Of a stretch of 64,000 nt of DNA, positions 58,604 to 64,000 are shown piece by piece. Made by a program: the position numbers and the translations under genes. The stretch's first letter is position 1, and each line of letters opens with the position of its first letter. The notes under the pieces were generated by a model. That model did no database searches. It was given only the letters and a program-made list of their open reading frames with translations, and was not told the DNA's origin. This DNA is from an uncultured virus (IMG/VR IMGVR_UViG_3300021958_000021) (lineage: Duplodnaviria; Heunggongvirae; Uroviricota; Caudoviricetes): positions 62,001 to 126,000 of the IMG/VR virus record IMGVR_UViG_3300021958_000021; one strand, written 5' to 3'.

Positions 58604-60032
58604 TTCTCCCTATTTCTTTAAAATTCTAGCATTAGAATTGGACGCAAATAATATTGCAGAAAAGAAAGCAGAAAAGTGGATGGCTAATATTTTGGGTGTC
58701 CATGACGAAGAAATGGAAACTTCGGCCTACATTTCAGACGATTTGGGAGAAGCAGTATTTAATATGCACATGGGGAAAGAAACTCTTCAAGAACATTCTC
58801 TTGAAGAAGTTTCTAATCTATTGCAAATAAATTGTGCAAAAATGGATTCGCCTGAATTTAGAGCGATACGACTAGCCATAGGAAATATGTCTGCGCTTGA
58901 AAGAAAGTGGTTTATCAGATATTGGCTTAGGACTCCAAGAAACGGCATTTCAAAAGGAAATGTTATTAAGATGGTTTCTAAGACATACAAGAAAAACCTT
59001 GCCGTGGTTAAGAAGCACACCAATTTTAATTCTATACAATCAACAGTAAGCCACTACGATGCAAATAGTGAACCTCCTTGCAATTTAACATTTGGTAAGT
59101 TTATTGCTCCAATGTTAGCAAAAGAAGTGCCTATTTCTAGTTGGCCTAAAAAGTATATTGTTGATTATAAATACGATGGAAACCGCTACCAAATCCATAA
59201 GAAAGAAGAAGCAGTTATGATTTTTAATAGAAAGGGGAAAGAAGTCACCGAAAAGTTTCCAGATGTAGTAGAATTAATTTCCAGATATAATGTAACTACG
59301 GCTATTTTTGATGGTGAAATCTATCCCGTAAATCCAGATGGTTCTCCGGCAGAACACAAAAAAATGGGGACGAGGGTTCATTCTAAGAATGTCATAGAAG
59401 CCGTTGAGCGTGTTCCTGTTGCGTGGGTCATGTTTGACTGTCTTCTATGGGAGAATGTAACTCTCATGGATTTGAGGTTCTCACAACGCTTAGAATATTT
59501 CAAGCATATGCCTAACCAAGCACATCGCTTAGAAGGTGGCGACATCATGGCTTTTTATGATAAGGCCATTAAAGAGGGCTTTGAGGGTATTATTATCAAA
59601 AACACTACTCTTCCTTATCACGCCGGAAAAAGAAGTATAGGTTGGGTAAAGTATAAGCCGCCACTAATTGAATTAGATGTGGTAATTTTATCCGCAACCT
59701 ATGGGACAGGAAAGAGAGCCAATGTTTTTGGCCGATTTGAAATTGGAGTTAAATCGGATAATGGCTATGTATCTGTAGGATATGTAGGTAATGGATTAGC
59801 CGACTATCAGTTTGATTTGTTAACCAAAACATTGAAAACAAAGGTAAAGCACTACAAGGATAGAATTTATACTTTTATTCCTGAGATTGTTTTAGAAGTC
59901 CGAGCAGACTTAATTAGCCAAGATGCACAGGGAAACATTGGTCTACGGTTTCCCAGAATTAAACGAATTAGAGATGATAAATTCGTTGAAGATATAGACA
60001 CAATAAAAACAGTAATGGAGAAATTAGCATGA
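58506..60032 (+). CDS. lig: ATP-dependent DNA ligase
   Basis: PMLA, DYKYDGNR, FDGE, FDCL, EGIIIK, WVKYK and LRFPRIKRIRDDK. Confidence 0.93.
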   Translation: MTWKLMTNLLEATDGRTPTIQTKMILREMENFDSPYFFKILALELDANNIAEKKAEKWMANILGVHDEEMETSAYISDDLGEAVFNMHMGKETLQEHSLEEVSNLLQINCAKMDSPEFRAIRLAIGNMSALERKWFIRYWLRTPRNGISKGNVIKMVSKTYKKNLAVVKKHTNFNSIQSTVSHYDANSEPPCNLTFGKFIAPMLAKEVPISSWPKKYIVDYKYDGNRYQIHKKEEAVMIFNRKGKEVTEKFPDVVELISRYNVTTAIFDGEIYPVNPDGSPAEHKKMGTRVHSKNVIEAVERVPVAWVMFDCLLWENVTLMDLRFSQRLEYFKHMPNQAHRLEGGDIMAFYDKAIKEGFEGIIIKNTTLPYHAGKRSIGWVKYKPPLIELDVVILSATYGTGKRANVFGRFEIGVKSDNGYVSVGYVGNGLADYQFDLLTKTLKTKVKHYKDRIYTFIPEIVLEVRADLISQDAQGNIGLRFPRIKRIRDDKFVEDIDTIKTVMEKLA

Positions 60033-60406
60033 CATGGAAACCACATTATATTGCAGACTCAGCAGGGAAAGTTAGAAGAATATCTGAATTGAGTCTTAAA
60101 CAAACAGGAACGGCTATCGGACATATTTACAAAGAATTTCATTGTCGGCATCGGCAACTTATTTTTCTACATGACCGATTGTGGACTCTTAGGAAAGAGG
60201 AAGACCCCCATGTTCTTAAAACAAACACGGAATTGAAAATTGCTGAACAGTTTAAACTTAAAGAAAATCAAGAGATTATCAGAAATATGTCAGACGAAAA
60301 CATTCGGCTCAAGACAATTATTTCTTTTTGTTTGCAAAATTTAGATAACATTCCTGTCGTGGAAGCCATGTTGAAAAATGCGTTTGGAGAGGTTAAAAAT
60401 GATTAA
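60029..60406 (+). CDS. Hypothetical protein
   Basis: 125 aa ORF overlapping its neighbours. Confidence 0.55.
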   Translation: MTWKPHYIADSAGKVRRISELSLKQTGTAIGHIYKEFHCRHRQLIFLHDRLWTLRKEEDPHVLKTNTELKIAEQFKLKENQEIIRNMSDENIRLKTIISFCLQNLDNIPVVEAMLKNAFGEVKND

Positions 60407-60866
60407 AAAAGGAGAATTAACAGTTATTGACTTTGTGACATATACTTGCTTAAAGGTTGAAGATGGTAAAGCATATCTTAAAGATATTACTTCTACACAA
60501 GGAAGGCCAAAAATCATGGATGCGAGATATGTTCCTTATTTTACCGTAGATGGTCTAGTTACACCAGAAAAGCCCGAACCTAAGCAAGTGAAAATTTCTA
60601 CCAAACTTAACTTGAGAAAACTTATTAAGGGAGAGATTGACCTACCTGTTACGAATGACGCTATTCGCTTCTTATCTGAATGGGCGGAAACAGCCATTTG
60701 TCAAATGATTTCATGGGCGGAAGAAAATGCTACAAGGCTAGGCCACGACAAAATTACTGCGGCTCATATTTATTGGTGGAGTTTGCATCCAAATCAAACA
60801 ACTGAAGGTTTTTGGTCTGAACAAAAAAATTATTCAAGCAGGGTTCGTTATGAAAGAAATGACTGA
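60399..60866 (+). CDS. Histone-fold protein with an N-terminal extra domain
   Basis: LRKLIK...VTNDAIRFLSEWAE.AICQMISWAEENA...HDKITAAHI follows the archaeal histone pattern. Confidence 0.7.
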   Translation: MIKKGELTVIDFVTYTCLKVEDGKAYLKDITSTQGRPKIMDARYVPYFTVDGLVTPEKPEPKQVKISTKLNLRKLIKGEIDLPVTNDAIRFLSEWAETAICQMISWAEENATRLGHDKITAAHIYWWSLHPNQTTEGFWSEQKNYSSRVRYERND

Positions 60867-61200
60867 CTTCTTAGAAAAACATGGTGATTCTACCATTCTT
60901 TCTTGTAAGACCTTTTCTAACATAGGGGATGCCGACCTACTGATTCTTAAAACTGGAATTTCCCTACAACTTACTGCGCTTACGAGTAAAAAAGAATTTC
61001 TATTTATTGTTGAAGAAGTGGACGAAGAAATGGCTGAATTAATGCAAGATTATAAGGGCTTTATTATTAATGTGGTTATTCCTTGCATATTAGACGATGA
61101 AGATGCTTTGGCTATGCTAAGGGAGTTTTCTTACGGTTTAAACTTTTTAAAATTAAAACATGATGTTATAGGGTATAAGGTTGTGGAAAATAATGTATAG
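60850..61200 (+). CDS. Hypothetical protein
   Basis: 116 aa ORF. Confidence 0.55.
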   Translation: MKEMTDFLEKHGDSTILSCKTFSNIGDADLLILKTGISLQLTALTSKKEFLFIVEEVDEEMAELMQDYKGFIINVVIPCILDDEDALAMLREFSYGLNFLKLKHDVIGYKVVENNV

Positions 61201-61591
61201 TGAAGACATGTTGGTAGGGATTTTAATTTCTCTTGGTAGGACAGATGTTTTAATTGAAAGGAAGGAAAGTGCTTCTCTTGGGTATAGAGTTAGATTGAGA
61301 TTATCTATACGAGGAGAAATGGATTTTTTAGAAGCAATTCATAGAACTTTATTTCAGCATGAGATTAAGTCTTCAATTTCTGATAAGGAGTCGGGAGGTA
61401 GGCCTAAGCCTATTCTTCGCATTGGTGGTAATCTTAACTTATACAAAACTATGGCTTTGATTCCACCATTCCTTCCGGACTGTAAAAATAACTTGAGTCT
61501 CTTCAGACAAATTGTAGAATTAGTAGCAAATAAAGAACATCTTCAACTTGAAGGCTTCAATAAAATATTAGAATTAAAGGGGCTAATTTAA
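61193..61591 (+). CDS. LAGLIDADG-like domain protein, probably degenerate
   Basis: MLVGILISLG lacks the catalytic acid; YRVRLRLSI and KEHLQLEGFNKILELK are typical of single-domain LAGLIDADG proteins. Confidence 0.6.
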   Translation: MYSEDMLVGILISLGRTDVLIERKESASLGYRVRLRLSIRGEMDFLEAIHRTLFQHEIKSSISDKESGGRPKPILRIGGNLNLYKTMALIPPFLPDCKNNLSLFRQIVELVANKEHLQLEGFNKILELKGLI

Positions 61592-62442
61592 TGGGATTTA
61601 CAAATCTAAATAAAACAAGACCAATATTGATAACAGGAAAATCGGGAACAGGAAAAAGCACAAAGGCACTTACATTTGTAAATGACCCTGTTATCACATA
61701 TGCTAACGAAATGGACATTGATGATTGGCGTTCTGTTCCTATTGATAGTGGGATTATTATTGAGGATGTTCACTTCAAACCTAAAAAAGAAACTATTCTA
61801 ACTATTCTTAGAAGGTATAGGGGTCAAGTGGTCTTGACTTCTATTAATGAAAAGAGCGTCCCCAAAGAAATTAAATCAATGTGTCAAATAAAGAGAGCAG
61901 GGTCTAAACAATGGACTCAGTTACAGATAAAAGAAATTGCTCCCCGTTCAGATAGCCCGCTAAATACTGAAATAGATACATATTCTTTAGTGATGCAGTT
62001 TCTCAAAGAAACTGATAGAGAACTAATGGTAGAATTATTGAAGGTAAATAAACCAGCAGATGTCCAAATTTTAACTTGGTTGAATGAAAACATGCACCCC
62101 AACAAATTAATTTTTGTTGATGGCGTGGTAAAGAGAAGATGGGGACAAGATTATTTTTATGAGATGCTAGCATATTCTCATTCCGGTAATTCTTATGGAA
62201 GATTGAATATGCCCAAACGGGGAACCTATTCTAAAATTCCTTCTCTATTGAGAAGGCTAGGTATCAAGAATGCTGATTTGCGTATTTTTAAACAAATGAA
62301 AAAAGACGAAGCGTTTGTCAAATATGCTAAAACAAAATTAAATAACAGCGATTGCAGGATTCTTGGTTTAGGCGAAAAGAAACGCCGTAAGAAAACAGAC
62401 CCAATCGTTGTGAAACAAAATTCGCTGGAGGAATACATTTGA
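61591..62442 (+). CDS. Clamp-loader (RFC large subunit-like) AAA+ ATPase
   Basis: ITGKSGTGKS and IIIEDVH; close to the RFC small subunit. Confidence 0.6.
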   Translation: MGFTNLNKTRPILITGKSGTGKSTKALTFVNDPVITYANEMDIDDWRSVPIDSGIIIEDVHFKPKKETILTILRRYRGQVVLTSINEKSVPKEIKSMCQIKRAGSKQWTQLQIKEIAPRSDSPLNTEIDTYSLVMQFLKETDRELMVELLKVNKPADVQILTWLNENMHPNKLIFVDGVVKRRWGQDYFYEMLAYSHSGNSYGRLNMPKRGTYSKIPSLLRRLGIKNADLRIFKQMKKDEAFVKYAKTKLNNSDCRILGLGEKKRRKKTDPIVVKQNSLEEYI

Positions 62443-62899
62443 GAAATGTTAGAATTATTGAAAAAATAGAAGAAATTTTAAACGGGGAAACTATGACGAC
62501 GGCTCGTATTTATGATAAACTTCAAGATGCAAAAGCCAAGGTTAAGGGAACAAGAGAGAAAAGATGGAAACATACGCCGTCAAAAGGGCAGGTCAAAAAT
62601 ATATTGTCTTCCTATTCTCAGTTTAAAAGAGTAAATGATGGCTCTCCTGCTATTTGGACTTATGAAAATGAAGAGGAATAACTATGGGAATAAGATTAAA
62701 AAACAAACTAAAAACTGTTTTGAACGGTAAAGAATTAACTGTTCAAGATATAATGATAGAATTGAAAAAGGAAGACAGAAGAAAATATTCCTTTACAAGT
62801 AATTCTATTGCTCAGACTCTTACCAAAAAGAAAGAGTTTGTAAAATGCGGCTTTGATTCTAAGAGACAAGTTGCAATATGGACTATAAGTGGTGAATAA
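62439..62899 (+). CDS. Two small winged-helix proteins (62439-62681, 62684-62899)
   Basis: Both show ..LNG..(M/L)T...I...L...(Q/S).I..L....F......W pattern. Confidence 0.55.
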
Positions 62900-62901
62900 A
62901 A

Positions 62902-63816
62902 ATGCTATGGACAGAAAAATACAGACCTAAACAATTGAGCCAAATTGTCGGACAAGAACACTTTACAATGGATGCAGTTAATTGGGTAGAAGAAAATAAT
63001 ATGCCTAATATTTTATTGTATGGTAATGCTGGCTTAGGTAAAACTGCGGCGGCAATCGCTTTAGCAAAATCAATGTTAGGAGAATCTTTTGAAGATAACT
63101 TCTATGAATTGAATGCTTCTGATGATAGACGATTAGAAACGGTGAGGACTACAATTAAAGAAATTGCTCAAGCAAAAACTTTGGGAGGAATGCCGTTTAG
63201 GATTCTTCTTCTTGATGAAATGGGCGGCATGACAAAGGATGCTCAAAATTCTTTGAAGCGCATTATGGAAAGATATGCAGGTAATATTAGATTTATTATT
63301 ACTTGCAACGATAGGAATAAAATTATTTTTCCTCTCCAAAGCCGGTGTGCTAATTATCGTTTCAAGCCTTTGGCTAATGAAGTCATTTTAGAAGTATTGC
63401 AATCAATCATTCAAAAAGAAGGTTTGAGAACATTTGACGATGATGAATTGTCGTCTTTTATATATGACTTAAACGGTGACTTGCGTAGGGCGATTACTGA
63501 ATTACAGGCGGCGAAAGCCTCTAACTTCACATTGTCTAAGCAAATAGAAGAATCAAATAAAGAATACATAGAAATACTAAACCACCTACAAGAACGCAAT
63601 TCCAACAAAGCCTTAACTATCCTCCATCAAATGATTTATGATGGCCGTTCAGTTAAGGAGATATGTAACGGATTGCACAATTCTTTGCTTAATATGCAAG
63701 GATTAGAAGTGGGAATCAAATTTAAATATCTTAGAGTTATAGGAGAAACAGAATGGCGTTCCCCAACAATGACACCAAGAATTATTTTATCTTGGATGGT
63801 CGGTCAATTAATTTGA
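62902..63816 (+). CDS. rfcS: Replication factor C small subunit
   Basis: WTEKYRP, GNAGLGKT, ELNASD, LLDE, LQSRC and GDLRRAI. Confidence 0.93.
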   Translation: MLWTEKYRPKQLSQIVGQEHFTMDAVNWVEENNMPNILLYGNAGLGKTAAAIALAKSMLGESFEDNFYELNASDDRRLETVRTTIKEIAQAKTLGGMPFRILLLDEMGGMTKDAQNSLKRIMERYAGNIRFIITCNDRNKIIFPLQSRCANYRFKPLANEVILEVLQSIIQKEGLRTFDDDELSSFIYDLNGDLRRAITELQAAKASNFTLSKQIEESNKEYIEILNHLQERNSNKALTILHQMIYDGRSVKEICNGLHNSLLNMQGLEVGIKFKYLRVIGETEWRSPTMTPRIILSWMVGQLI

Positions 63817-63861
63817 CGGGAAAAACAAAAAACAAAAAACAAAAAAAAGGAAGTGTAATAC

Positions 63862-64000
63862 ATGGACGAAAAAATTAAGAACGAAATTGAAAAGAGTTTG
63901 CAATACTTGGGAATTGCTTTTGATGATGCTTATCAAAAGTTTTTGAGTATTTGTGAAGAAAACAATGTGGAAGAAACTGACCCATCAGCAATCGGTTGTT
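63862..64000 (+). CDS. Partial CDS running off the window
   Basis: MDEKIKNEIEKSLQYLG...; open to the window end. Confidence 0.55.
   Translation, partial: MDEKIKNEIEKSLQYLGIAFDDAYQKFLSICEENNVEETDPSAIGC

Noticed and set aside
43205..63608. Minus-strand ORFs in the replication arm (e.g. 52297, 54436, 56291)
   Set aside because: They are antisense shadows of recognisable plus-strand genes

Overview
This window is about 64 kb of a tailed dsDNA (Caudoviricetes) virus genome with an archaeal host. The host call rests on a TFB, RFC clamp-loader subunits, histone folds, GGTGA-type ribosome-binding sites and TATA boxes. The gene content is most consistent with a 'magrovirus'-like virus of marine Poseidoniales (MGII) archaea; this is inferred, not searched. 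Positions ~1-37100 are a minus-strand morphogenesis arm: head-tail proteins, major capsid, protease-scaffold, a ligase-like fusion, portal and terminase. That arm also carries many variable genes that share a W-x-x-[ILV]-[ILV]-K tag, several with repeated junction DNA. Positions ~37500-42800 hold an array of five paralogous genes, seven copies of a CCATATGG palindrome, 5'/3'-UTR panhandles, ORF-free structured segments, an AT-rich iteron-like region and a tRNA. Positions ~42800-64000 are a plus-strand host-takeover and replication arm: SF1 helicase, DenV-like glycosylase, tRNA-Arg, a ubiquitin-like protein with E1 and JAB protease around a TFB, GroES/GroEL, PC4, histone folds, DNA ligase and RFC. 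The strongest candidates for undescribed systems are four: (1) the panhandle-enclosed paralog cassette array, (2) a capsid-targeting-like peptide tag on shuffled cargo cassettes, (3) a viral Ubl conjugation module, and (4) an Arf-like small GTPase with membrane-protein partners. All protein calls are by eye from motifs; no database searches were run.
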